DNA of 64,000 bases, from sequence record ON190024.1. One strand, written 5' to 3'. The position numbers were made by a program, and so were the translations under genes. Positions 44,270 through 53,742 of the stretch are shown here, piece after piece. The stretch's first letter is position 1. Every line of letters starts with the position of its first letter. The notes under the pieces were generated by a model. It ran no database searches and was not told the origin of the DNA. It saw nothing but the letters and a program-made list of their open reading frames with translations.

Positions 44270-46501
44270 TTGATGCTTGTAGTGAAGTCTTCTGGCATTA
44301 CAGAAGAATTTGAAGAAAGTAAATTGATGCGCGTACTTGGTGACGCATGTAAGAATACGACAATTGATCCACATCAATTACTTGCCCGCGTGAAAGCTCA
44401 ACTTAGCGACGGGATGACGAGCAAAGACATTCAAAAGGCAGCGATCAAAATCGCTGCCGATAGCATTTCAGTAGAAGAGCCAGATTATCAATACGTCGCG
44501 GCTCGACTGGCTATGTATGGTCTTCGCAAAGATGTATATGGTCAATTCGACCCTATTCCATTCAAACAACTCATTGAAAGAAACACTGCAATCGAAGTTT
44601 ACGATTCAGAGATTCTTGAAAAATGGTCAGACTCAGAACTAGAATACCTAGAATCTCAAGTCAAGCATGAACGCGACTTTGATTTTGCATATGCAGGTGT
44701 AATGCAATTCAAAGAAAAATACTTGTGTAAAAACCGTGGTACTGGTGCGATTTACGAAACACCGCAATATGCTTACATGCTCATTGCTATGTGCTTGCAC
44801 CAAGAAGAGAAATACGACCGATTAAAGCACGTTATTGACTTTTATAACGCTGTTTCAACTCAAAAACTTTCACTACCTACACCGATTATGGCAGGCGTTC
44901 GTACCCCGACACGTCAATTTAGCTCGTGTGTGAAAATCGAATCTGGCGACTCGCTGCGTTCGATCAACAAGGTATCTGAAGCTATCGTTGATTACATCAG
45001 TAAGCGTGCGGGTATTGGCGTAAACGGTGGTGCAATTCGAGCAGAGGGTTCGGTGGTACGTGCGGGTGAAATTCGTCACACTGGCGTAATTCCGTTCTGG
45101 AAACACTTTCAGACGGCGGTTAAATCGTGTTCTCAAGGTGGTGTACGTGGCGGTGCTGCGACTCTGACTTACCCGATCTGGCACTTAGAAGTAGAAAAGC
45201 TTCTTGTTCTGAAGAACAACAAAGGTGTTGAAGAGAACCGTATTCGTCATCTTGACTACAGCGTATCAATTAACCGATTGATGATGCAACGCCTAGTTAA
45301 TAACGAGTACATCACGTTATTCAGCCCCGATGAGCGTCACGGTGCGCTTTACGGTGAGTATCACACAAACCCAGAAGAGTTTGAGCGTCTTTACCTAGAG
45401 CTTGAAGCTGATCCTAAAGTGCGCAAGAAACGCATCAAGGCAACTGAACTATTCAGCATCTTTGGTCAAGAGCGTTCAAGTACGGGTCGTATCTACCCGA
45501 TCTTCGTAGATAACTTGAATGCACAGTCACCGTACATCGAAGCGATCAAGCAATCGAACTTGTGTATGGAAATCGCGCTACCTACGTACCCGCTTGGTAC
45601 TTCATATGAAGAAATCGCACTTTGTACGCTTGCTGCTTACAACTTAGGTGCAATTGAATCGCCAAGTGAATTTGCTCGACTAGCGCCAATCGTTATTCGT
45701 GCGCTTGATAATCTACTAGATTACCAAGATTATCCAGTAGAAGCCGCTGAAAAAGCAAAATATCGTCGCGCATTGGGTATCGGTATCACTAACTTTGCAT
45801 ATTTCTTGGCAAAGAACTTCGTTGGATACGACTCATCAGCTAAGTATCTCGTGCATGAATGGATGGAAGCAATGTCTTACTACAACATTCAAGCATCAAT
45901 GATGTTAGCAAAAGAGCGTGGCGCGAACAAATGGCATCGTAAGACGCGCTGGGCTAAAGGTCAGTTGCCAATTGACTGGTACAATAAAAATGTTGATAAG
46001 CTTGTCAAGCCGAATTATAATCTAGACTGGGAAGCACTTCGCGCTGACGTAATTCGTTACGGTATGCGAAATGACACCACTTCAGCTTTCATGCCATGTG
46101 AAAGTAGTTCTCAGATTAGCAACAGCACGAACGGTATTGAGCCACCACGTGGTCTAGTATCGACTAAGCAATCAAAAGATGGCGTTTTCAACCAAGTTGT
46201 GCCTGAAGTTGACTTGCTGAAAGATGAATACGGACTTGCGTGGAAAGTTTGCGAAAAAGATAACTTTGGTTATCTAACGCTTGTTGCAATCATGCAGAAG
46301 TTTGTCGACCAGAGCATTTCAGCGAACCAATACTACGACCCATCAAAATTCCCGAATGGAAAGATTCCGATGGAACGTATTTTCGAAGAACTGGCGTTCT
46401 GTAGCCATTACGGTCTTAAAACTTTGTACTACTCCAATGTTAGAGATGGTGCAAACGGAAACAACGAAGATGATGAAGATTGTGATGGGTGTAAAGTCTG
46501 A
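44270..46501 (+). CDS. nrdA: class Ia ribonucleotide reductase alpha subunit
   Basis: ATP cone (VVKSSG), TRQFSSC, QSNLCME, LCTL, C-terminal CDGC; uninterrupted. Confidence 0.97.
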   Translation: MMLVVKSSGITEEFEESKLMRVLGDACKNTTIDPHQLLARVKAQLSDGMTSKDIQKAAIKIAADSISVEEPDYQYVAARLAMYGLRKDVYGQFDPIPFKQLIERNTAIEVYDSEILEKWSDSELEYLESQVKHERDFDFAYAGVMQFKEKYLCKNRGTGAIYETPQYAYMLIAMCLHQEEKYDRLKHVIDFYNAVSTQKLSLPTPIMAGVRTPTRQFSSCVKIESGDSLRSINKVSEAIVDYISKRAGIGVNGGAIRAEGSVVRAGEIRHTGVIPFWKHFQTAVKSCSQGGVRGGAATLTYPIWHLEVEKLLVLKNNKGVEENRIRHLDYSVSINRLMMQRLVNNEYITLFSPDERHGALYGEYHTNPEEFERLYLELEADPKVRKKRIKATELFSIFGQERSSTGRIYPIFVDNLNAQSPYIEAIKQSNLCMEIALPTYPLGTSYEEIALCTLAAYNLGAIESPSEFARLAPIVIRALDNLLDYQDYPVEAAEKAKYRRALGIGITNFAYFLAKNFVGYDSSAKYLVHEWMEAMSYYNIQASMMLAKERGANKWHRKTRWAKGQLPIDWYNKNVDKLVKPNYNLDWEALRADVIRYGMRNDTTSAFMPCESSSQISNSTNGIEPPRGLVSTKQSKDGVFNQVVPEVDLLKDEYGLAWKVCEKDNFGYLTLVAIMQKFVDQSISANQYYDPSKFPNGKIPMERIFEELAFCSHYGLKTLYYSNVRDGANGNNEDDEDCDGCKV

Positions 46502-46512
46502 TTAGAATCGTT

Positions 46513-46560
46513 AGTCTCGCGTGTATAAATAATAACAATATTATACAAACACGCGAGACT
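46513..46560 (+). promoter_or_regulatory. RBS-sequestering hairpin with embedded late promoter
   Basis: 12-bp inverted repeat AGTCTCGCGTGT/ACACGCGAGACT; TATAAATA at 46524-46531. Confidence 0.85.
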
Positions 46561-46564
46561 ACCG

Positions 46565-47410
46565 ATGAACTACTCGAAAATATACGATGATTTGATGGAA
46601 AGAGCACGCTACCGAACAATTGATGGATATAGTGAAACACATCATATAATCCCGCGCTGCATGAATGGCGATGACTCAGCTTCAAACTTGGTTAAACTCA
46701 CTGCACGCGAGCATTATATCGCACATCAATTGCTTGCTAAAATACACCCAGAACACGCAGGGTTAGTTTTTGCTGCGATTCGCATGACAATGAGTCCTAG
46801 CGGGGATCGTGTCAATAATAGACTTTATTCATGGCTGAGAGAGAAAAATTCTGAGCATTCAAGTGAAAGAATGCGTGAATGGTATAAAAATAATGAACAC
46901 CCAAAGGGGTTCAATGGGAAGAGTCATTCAAGTGAAACCAAATCACTCATTTCGAAAAATACAACAAACGCATTGAGAGAAAAAATTGCAGTTGAGGTTC
47001 ACATGTTTGACATGAACGGAAAATACATCCGCACATTCGATGCATTGACAGACGCTGCAAATTTCGTAGGGGCTTCTAATGCATCAAACATAAAGTACAC
47101 CGCTGAAGGAAAGCACCAATATGCTTATGGGTATAGGTGGTCGTATGACCTCGACGCAAGTTTTGACGATATAAAGGCGCCCAGAGGGAAAAACAACGGG
47201 AAAATGTATATCACAAACGGCGTTGATAATAAAATGATCACGAAAGATGATGTAATCCCATCAGGGTGGCGTCGTGGGAAAACTCAGAAGAATAAGTCTG
47301 ATTCGTCGGCAATGAATCAACTCGCAACGTGTCCTCATTGCGGAAAACAAACGAACAAGGGTAATGCATTACGTTGGCATTATGATAATTGTAAGGAAAA
47401 ACATGTCTAA
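46565..47410 (+). mobile_element. free-standing HNH homing endonuclease (MobE-like position)
   Basis: ETHHIIPRC...NLVKLTAREHYIAH, NUMOD-like segments, CPHCGK...C; lies between nrdA and nrdB. Confidence 0.88.
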
Positions 47411-48527
47411 AACGATTTTCAATAAAAATAAGGTTGACCATCTTGGTCAACCTCTTTTCTTAGGCGAAGACCCAAACATTTCACGATTCGAAACGGTAAA
47501 ACACGGCGTATTCGAACAGCTTACTGAAAAACAACTTTCATTCTTCTGGCGTCCAGAAGAAGTCGATTTGACTCTTGACTCTCAAGAATTTGAACGAATG
47601 CCCGAACACTGGAAACACGTGTTCACGCAAAATCTGAAGTATCAATCACTGCTAGACTCAGTGCAGGGTCGTGCGCCTAATATCGCGTTCTTGCCTATCT
47701 GTAGTGACAACTCGCTTGAAAACTGGATCACTACGTGGGACTTCAGTGAAACTATTCACAGTCGCTCTTACACGCACATCATGCGCAACTTGTATTCAAA
47801 CCCGAGTGCGGTGTTTGACGAAATTGTTCTTGACAAGTCAATCATGGCACGTGCTGAAGCAGTTACCGAGCATTATGACAAGCTAATTGCCGAAACGCAA
47901 AAGCTAAATCAGCTCAAAACTATGAATCTAGATGAAGCTCACATTCTTATGCAAGAGAGTGCAGTGAAAGAAGCTCTTTATCTGTGTATGCACGCAGTAA
48001 ATGCACTTGAAGCTATTCGATTCTACGTTTCATTCGCGTGTACGTTCAACTTTGCCGAGCAAGGCATTATGGAAGGTAACGCTAAAGTAATGAAGCTGAT
48101 TGCTCGTGATGAACAGCTTCACTTGAAAGGTACACAAGCGTTGATCAGCATCTGGCAGAACTACAAAGACGACCCAGAAATGGCAGAAATTTCGCTTCGC
48201 CTTCAACCAGAAGCCGAAAAGATTTTCATGCAAGTCGTTGATCAAGAGAAAGAATGGGCACATTCCCTGTTCTCACAAGGTACAGTTCCAGGTCTAAACG
48301 CTCAAATTCTTTGTGAATATGTTGAATATCTTGCAGATAGTCGTATGCGTTCAGTTGGTTTGAATAGTCCGTACCCTCGACGTAAACACCCACTTCCATG
48401 GATTCGTAAGTGGCTAAATAGTGATTCAGTACAAGTAGCAGCGCAAGAAGCTGAACTTAGTTCGTACCTTGTTGGTCAGATTGACTCGACAGTACGCCCA
48501 GAATTCCTAAAAACGTTAGAGGTGTAA
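47403..48527 (+). CDS. nrdB: ribonucleotide reductase beta subunit
   Basis: WRPEEV, ETIHSRSY, EAIRFYVSF, RDEQLH. Confidence 0.97.
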   Translation: MSKTIFNKNKVDHLGQPLFLGEDPNISRFETVKHGVFEQLTEKQLSFFWRPEEVDLTLDSQEFERMPEHWKHVFTQNLKYQSLLDSVQGRAPNIAFLPICSDNSLENWITTWDFSETIHSRSYTHIMRNLYSNPSAVFDEIVLDKSIMARAEAVTEHYDKLIAETQKLNQLKTMNLDEAHILMQESAVKEALYLCMHAVNALEAIRFYVSFACTFNFAEQGIMEGNAKVMKLIARDEQLHLKGTQALISIWQNYKDDPEMAEISLRLQPEAEKIFMQVVDQEKEWAHSLFSQGTVPGLNAQILCEYVEYLADSRMRSVGLNSPYPRRKHPLPWIRKWLNSDSVQVAAQEAELSSYLVGQIDSTVRPEFLKTLEV

Positions 48528-48528
48528 T

Positions 48529-48828
48529 TTGGTAGAAATATTTGGTTGGGACGAAAGCGATTTTCGCTGCGTTCCTTGCTTGAAAGCAAAACGACTAGCT
48601 GAAACACGCGGCATGATCTTTGACTTCATCCCGCTTGCAAAAGAAAAGGTAACAGACGCACACAAACACAATCGAGAAGAACTAGAAAGGCGAATGCATG
48701 AAATGGGTAAAGAGCTAAAGACTCTCCCTCAAGTGTTCTTCGACGGTGTTCATGTGGGTGGTTTTGACGACTTCAAGGCTAAGATACATTCCATTGAAGA
48801 AGCTCGTTGGGATGCACGCATCAAATAA
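48529..48828 (+). CDS. nrdC: glutaredoxin (T4 NrdC-like)
   Basis: CVPC, TLPQVF, VGGFDD; TTG start. Confidence 0.88.
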   Translation: MVEIFGWDESDFRCVPCLKAKRLAETRGMIFDFIPLAKEKVTDAHKHNREELERRMHEMGKELKTLPQVFFDGVHVGGFDDFKAKIHSIEEARWDARIK

Positions 48829-48832
48829 TTAA

Positions 48833-48905
48833 AGAAAAGGGTTGACACATGTCAGCCCTTTTTTGTATGCTTCGTTTGCTAAATCGACAAAGAGTGAGAA
48901 ATATG
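48833..48905 (+). promoter_or_regulatory. promoter/terminator cassette
   Basis: AAAAGGGTTGAC-acat-GTCAGCCCTTTTTT, TATGCT. Confidence 0.8.
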
Positions 48906-49475
48906 AAAAAGCTAATGACACTGCTTCTAGCAGTTTGCGCGTTCAATGCATCTGCAAGCAATGTATGTCACGTCAAGTTCAACGGTCAAGAACTATCCGA
49001 GAAGCAATGGCACAATGTTCGTGCTGTGTTCATCAACGGCTGGTACAATGACTTGAGTTGGTCACTTGCTGCTATCGCTATTGTCGAATCTAGTGCTGGT
49101 GAGCAAATGATTAACAATCGAACGAAAGATTATGGTTTGATGCAAAACAACATCAAAACTGCGACTGCTCGATTGAAACGTTGGGAGAAAGCAGGTCGAG
49201 ACTTCGGTCCCTATGATCTCAACAATCCAGAAGATGTAAAAACAATATTGCTTACTGACCGTACGGTTTCAGTTCAGCTTGCAATTGAAGAGCTTGAATA
49301 CTGGAAGAAGATACGCGGTAAAAACAACTGGCGTGAAATCTATGCGAGTTACAATGGGGGTTTTTACAAAGATAAAACATGGGAAGCGCGTGCTGAAAAG
49401 TACTCTGAAAAAATCGTAATGACTATGCGCAAACTAAAACCTTGCAAAGAGCAACTATTGAGAGGGTTATACTAA
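48903..49475 (+). CDS. lytic transglycosylase (SLT-like) with signal peptide
   Basis: AIAIVESS, GLMQ, YASYNGG; N-terminal Sec signal. Confidence 0.8.
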   Translation: MKKLMTLLLAVCAFNASASNVCHVKFNGQELSEKQWHNVRAVFINGWYNDLSWSLAAIAIVESSAGEQMINNRTKDYGLMQNNIKTATARLKRWEKAGRDFGPYDLNNPEDVKTILLTDRTVSVQLAIEELEYWKKIRGKNNWREIYASYNGGFYKDKTWEARAEKYSEKIVMTMRKLKPCKEQLLRGLY

Positions 49476-49660
49476 TGGGACAGATATTAATTTGGGCAAC
49501 TGCGTGGGCGATTGTGATGAACAATCAGTGGATGTTGAAAATCTTTTGTGCGTTTGGTTGGCACACGTGGGAATATACGAAAGGCAGTAAGCGCGTATGT
49601 AAGCATTGCCAGAAGCGTCAAAGCCTAATTCGTGTCGGCAATGACACTGAATGGAAATAA
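49475..49660 (+). CDS. small Cys/His protein
   Basis: FC.FGWH.W ... CKHC. Confidence 0.65.
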   Translation: MGQILIWATAWAIVMNNQWMLKIFCAFGWHTWEYTKGSKRVCKHCQKRQSLIRVGNDTEWK

Positions 49661-49673
49661 ATTAAAAAAAATG

Positions 49674-49762
49674 AAAAAAGTGGTTGCGTTGGTCTCAAAA
49701 ATCATTAATATAGACGGTGTTGAAGAGAACAACGCAACTAACTAAAGAGAGAACATTATATG
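49674..49762 (+). promoter_or_regulatory. early promoter
   Basis: AAAAAAGTGG-TTGCGT, TAATAT, GAGAGAACATTAT. Confidence 0.75.
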
Positions 49763-50764
49763 CAAGCTATCATCACTAACGCACTTTACCGCAACACTGA
49801 AATCAACGGCACTTACACTCTAATCGAGAAAGTTTGGAATAGCTCAGACGCAGCACCAAAAAATGGTCGTATGAAAATCATGCTTGACGGTGCAGTACGT
49901 ACTATTCGCGTTAACAAAGAAGACGTGCAATACGTTGATGAAGCTGACGCATCACAAACAGCAGTACCTGCACTTGCACCAGTAATTGAAGCTGAAACTG
50001 AAGAGCAAATCGCACAACGCATCACTGAAGCGTTTGAAGCAATGGACATTTTCACAATCGGTGCTATCGCTGGTCACGTTAAATCACTAATTATCTCTGG
50101 TGCAGCAGGTGTTGGTAAGACGTTCACACTTGAGCGCGAACTAAACAAAGCTCAAGATCGCGGTGACATTAACTTCAAGAAAGTTGCTGGTACATGTTCT
50201 GGTATCGGTCTGTTCACCAAGCTTTGGGAATGTCGCAACCCAGGTGATGTTCTTCTTCTAGATGACGTAGACGTTTTCAAAGACGAAGATCAGCTAAACC
50301 TTCTTAAAGCAGCACTAGACACTGGTGAAGAGCGTTGGGTTTCTTGGATGAAAGCAAGTTCTTACCTAGAAGAGCAAGGTATCGAGCAAGAATTCTTGTT
50401 TGAAGGTACAGTAATCTTTATCTCAAACAAAGACTTCGACCGTGAACTTGATGCAAACACAAAGTTATCACCGCACTTCAGCGCACTGATTTCACGTAGC
50501 ATCTACCTTGACCTTGGTGTTCACACTAAAGAAGAAATCATGGTTCGCATCAAGCAAGTTGTTACAGCAACTACAATGCTAGAAGACCTTGGTCTAAACG
50601 GCGAGCAGATTGCTGAAATGCTAGTGTGGATTGAAAAGCACATGCTTGAACTGCGTACACTATCACTACGCACGTGTTTACACATTGCAGACATGATGCT
50701 AACATCACCTACTAAATGGGAAATGCTTGCGAAGATGACTATGCTATCTAAGAAGCGTAAATAA
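49760..50764 (+). CDS. AAA+ ATPase
   Basis: Walker A GAAGVGKT, Walker B LLLDD, ISN sensor, ALISR. Confidence 0.88.
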   Translation: MQAIITNALYRNTEINGTYTLIEKVWNSSDAAPKNGRMKIMLDGAVRTIRVNKEDVQYVDEADASQTAVPALAPVIEAETEEQIAQRITEAFEAMDIFTIGAIAGHVKSLIISGAAGVGKTFTLERELNKAQDRGDINFKKVAGTCSGIGLFTKLWECRNPGDVLLLDDVDVFKDEDQLNLLKAALDTGEERWVSWMKASSYLEEQGIEQEFLFEGTVIFISNKDFDRELDANTKLSPHFSALISRSIYLDLGVHTKEEIMVRIKQVVTATTMLEDLGLNGEQIAEMLVWIEKHMLELRTLSLRTCLHIADMMLTSPTKWEMLAKMTMLSKKRK

Positions 50765-50771
50765 ACTCTTT

Positions 50772-50795
50772 GAGGGGCTGAAAAGCCCCGTTTTT
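50772..50795 (+). terminator. intrinsic terminator
   Basis: GGGGCT-gaaa-AGCCCC-GTTTTT. Confidence 0.8.
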
Positions 50796-50809
50796 CATAT
50801 GAGGGATAT

Positions 50810-52096
50810 ATGCAACGTACACTATCAAGTATCGTTAATGACGAAGCGTTAGAATACGCTATGTATACCATCGAGAACCGCGCACTGGCAAACGGGATTG
50901 ATGGACTTAAACCTGTTCAGCGATTTGTTCTGTACAACGTGATTAAAGACGCTAGTACATCGTTTGACAAGGTCGCAGCGTTAGGTAGCTCAGTGTCAAA
51001 GATTGGTTACAATCACGGTGAGACTTCGGCACAAGACGCTCTAGCACTAATGGCAGCAGAATGGCAGAACAATGTCCCGATTGTACAAGGTCGCGGCAAC
51101 TTCGGTTCTCGAATGGTTAAAGAGTCGGCTTCTGCTCGTTACGTTTATGCAAAACTGCATGACAATTTTGATCTGTACTTCAAAGACATTCACTTGTCGC
51201 CTGAACATAAAGATCTCGAACACGTGCCGCCACAGTTTTATGTGCCTGTACTTCCGATGATTCTCATGAACGGTGTTCAAGGGATTGCGACGGGTTTCGC
51301 GTGTAACATTCTACCGCATGACCCTGAGTGGGTTAAGAAAGCTGTTCTTGAATATCTAGCGGGTAAAGAAATCAGCGAACCAGTTGTTAAGTTCCCTGAG
51401 TTTTACGGCAAGATTGAAAAGCTCGAACATAACAAATATGCTCAGATTGGTACAGTTGAAATTAGCGGTCTGACTGCGGTTGTTACTGAAATCCCGACAG
51501 GATTCGATCACGCGAAATACATCATTGAACTTGACAAACTCGTTGAGAAAGGTAAAATCAGTAGCTACGTAGACGAGACTAGCGAAACGTTTCAGTTTCG
51601 TGTGCGATTCAAACGTGGCGCGAAGATGACTGAAGAATCTGTAATCAAGACTCTGAAGCTGCAAAGCACTTTCACGCAGAACATCAACGTCATCGACGAG
51701 AACTATCAAATTCGTCATTTTGACGACGTGAGAGAGCTTGTGAAGTGGTTTGTTGATTTTCGCATGTCGTTCTTACCTAAACGCATTCAAGACTCGACAG
51801 AGCGCACAGAGAAGCGTGCTTCACTAGCAATTGCAAAAGTTGAGTTTATCAAACGTGTTGTTTCGGGTACAATTATATTATTCGGTAAGAAGCGTGCTGA
51901 AGTAGCAGCAGAACTTAAAGCCGATGAAGCATTTTCTGAGCATGTTACAGAGCTTCTAAATATGTCGGTCGACAAAATGACTGACGATGAGATTGCTCGT
52001 CTTGAGAAAGATGCCGCAGTAGCTCAGAAAGAACTTTCCTACTGGCAGAAAACAACTGCACAGAAAGAGTTTATCAAAGACATCAAGGCAATATAA
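50810..52096 (+). CDS. 52: type II DNA topoisomerase medium subunit (T4 gp52)
   Basis: RAL...DGLKPVQR, Y.HG..S, G.GNFGSR, SARY catalytic Tyr. Confidence 0.95.
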   Translation: MQRTLSSIVNDEALEYAMYTIENRALANGIDGLKPVQRFVLYNVIKDASTSFDKVAALGSSVSKIGYNHGETSAQDALALMAAEWQNNVPIVQGRGNFGSRMVKESASARYVYAKLHDNFDLYFKDIHLSPEHKDLEHVPPQFYVPVLPMILMNGVQGIATGFACNILPHDPEWVKKAVLEYLAGKEISEPVVKFPEFYGKIEKLEHNKYAQIGTVEISGLTAVVTEIPTGFDHAKYIIELDKLVEKGKISSYVDETSETFQFRVRFKRGAKMTEESVIKTLKLQSTFTQNINVIDENYQIRHFDDVRELVKWFVDFRMSFLPKRIQDSTERTEKRASLAIAKVEFIKRVVSGTIILFGKKRAEVAAELKADEAFSEHVTELLNMSVDKMTDDEIARLEKDAAVAQKELSYWQKTTAQKEFIKDIKAI

Positions 52097-52338
52097 TGAA
52101 CATAATCGTCGAAAACGGCAACATTTTGCCGACTGATCAAGCGACGTTATTTGCTGACGAAGAAGTATTGAGAGTGCCTGGCACTTTCAATCTTACTGAC
52201 TTGGTTTGTCATCTTGGTCTTTACAAATCAAAATCACAAGCCAGACAAGCGAATCGTGTCGGTGAAATTCCGACTGGTTACACTGAATTCAAAGGCAATA
52301 AGAAAACGCCTTTGTACGTCTGGAATCCAACAGAGTAA
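52096..52338 (+). CDS. small S4-like putative RNA-binding protein
   Basis: DL...LGL.KSKSQARQ resembles S4 domain helices. Confidence 0.5.
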   Translation: MNIIVENGNILPTDQATLFADEEVLRVPGTFNLTDLVCHLGLYKSKSQARQANRVGEIPTGYTEFKGNKKTPLYVWNPTE

Positions 52339-52346
52339 GGTAAATT

Positions 52347-53228
52347 ATGCAGGTAAGATGGACAGAAATGTTTTACAGCATTCAAGGCGAAGGGAAATAC
52401 ACTGGTCAAGCTAGTTTATTCTTTCGCTTCTGGGGTTGTAACTTAGAATGTCACGGCTTCGGGCAAGAAGATCCGACGAATAAAGATACATGGGTATTAG
52501 ACTTCAAAGACTACGACCCGAAAGCGAACAACGTGACTTCAGTCGAAGATCTGCCTGTATGGACTCGTGGATGTGACTCTTCTTACACGTGGGCTAAAAA
52601 GTATGCTCATCTTGCTTCAAAGTCTGAAGTCGCAGATGTATGCGAAGCAATGCTTGAGAAACTGCCTAATCGAGTTTGGGGAGATATTCATTGGGTAATT
52701 ACAGGTGGTGAGCCGATGATGAATCAAGCTCAAATCATCGAAATGATGAATTACTTCATCAAAATTGACAATTATCCAAAACATGTCACGATTGAAACTA
52801 ATGGTACGCGAGAACTCAAGCCAGAATTTGCAGAGCGTTGGGCGCTAATTCAGTGGAATACGCATAGTAATGTTCACTTGAGTTTCAGCGTATCAGCTAA
52901 GTTGTACAACGTAACTGGCGAAGTGCATGAAAAAGCAATCAAGCCAAAAGTTGTCAACAAGTATGCACGCATCGGAGAAGTCTGGCTCAAGCCAGTCGTC
53001 GTAGACAAGGAAGCGTGTTGGGACGAGCTTGATGCTGTGATCGCACAGTTCAAAGCAGAACGCAACTTACACAACGTTCCAGTGTATATCATGCCATGTG
53101 GTGCTACTCAAGAAGAGCAAGAACAAGATGGTTATATGGCGTCAATCGCAGGGAAAGCATTGGCGCGTGGTTACAACGTTTCTGTACGAACTCACGTATG
53201 GATTTGGGGTAACGCGGTGGGCACGTAA
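52347..53228 (+). CDS. queE: 7-carboxy-7-deazaguanine synthase (radical SAM)
   Basis: EMFYSIQGEG, F.RFWGCNLEC..F ... CDS, ITGGEP, IETNGT. Confidence 0.9.
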   Translation: MQVRWTEMFYSIQGEGKYTGQASLFFRFWGCNLECHGFGQEDPTNKDTWVLDFKDYDPKANNVTSVEDLPVWTRGCDSSYTWAKKYAHLASKSEVADVCEAMLEKLPNRVWGDIHWVITGGEPMMNQAQIIEMMNYFIKIDNYPKHVTIETNGTRELKPEFAERWALIQWNTHSNVHLSFSVSAKLYNVTGEVHEKAIKPKVVNKYARIGEVWLKPVVVDKEACWDELDAVIAQFKAERNLHNVPVYIMPCGATQEEQEQDGYMASIAGKALARGYNVSVRTHVWIWGNAVGT

Positions 53229-53263
53229 GTGCCCTTTTATTCCCTTTGAAGTGAGAAATTATT

Positions 53264-53518
53264 ATGATTCTATTTGGTCACGTAGTTGGTACAATCGGTA
53301 TGATTCTAATCTGTCTAGCATTCTGGATGGTGACGAGTGAAAAATATAAGCCTACCGATGATAAGTACTTGTGGACTAATATGTCGGGTGCTATACTGCT
53401 TACGATTAGCTTGCTAATCAACTTCAATCTAGGTAGCTTCATGATTGAGCTATTCTGGATTTACATTAGCGGCACCGCGCTATACAAGAACTACAAATTG
53501 CGAAAAAACGCTAAATAG
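53264..53518 (+). CDS. small 3-TM membrane protein (CBU_0592/SemiSWEET-like)
   Basis: G.IG.ILI.LAF, Y...N..GA.LL.ISL..NFNL.SF.IE.FW. Confidence 0.7.
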   Translation: MILFGHVVGTIGMILICLAFWMVTSEKYKPTDDKYLWTNMSGAILLTISLLINFNLGSFMIELFWIYISGTALYKNYKLRKNAK

Positions 53519-53586
53519 TAGTTGATAAGCTTGTCGATTCGTGTATAATCAACTGCGAATCGACAAACAAACTGGAGAATCTAATG
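53513..53586 (+). promoter_or_regulatory. early promoter
   Basis: TTGATA 53522-53527, TATAAT 53544-53549, GGAG RBS. Confidence 0.7.
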
Positions 53587-53742
53587 TCTAAAAATAAAAA
53601 GCCAAGCAATAAGCCACAAAACTTCGTTGCAAAGCACATGAATACTTTCAATCATGCTTCAGTTGAAGAAGATAGAAAGAAGAAGTCAAAGCGTTTAACT
53701 AAGCGCAAAATGAAACACAAAGGGAAAGCCTATGATGAATGA
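53584..53742 (+). CDS. small very basic protein, 52 aa (below cutoff)
   Basis: NFVAKH...KRKMKHK. Confidence 0.7.
   Translation: MSKNKKPSNKPQNFVAKHMNTFNHASVEEDRKKKSKRLTKRKMKHKGKAYDE

Noticed and set aside
44270-48527. Intron, intein or split in nrdA/nrdB
   Set aside because: Both ORFs are contiguous, of normal length and have all motifs; the HNH gene is free-standing between them.
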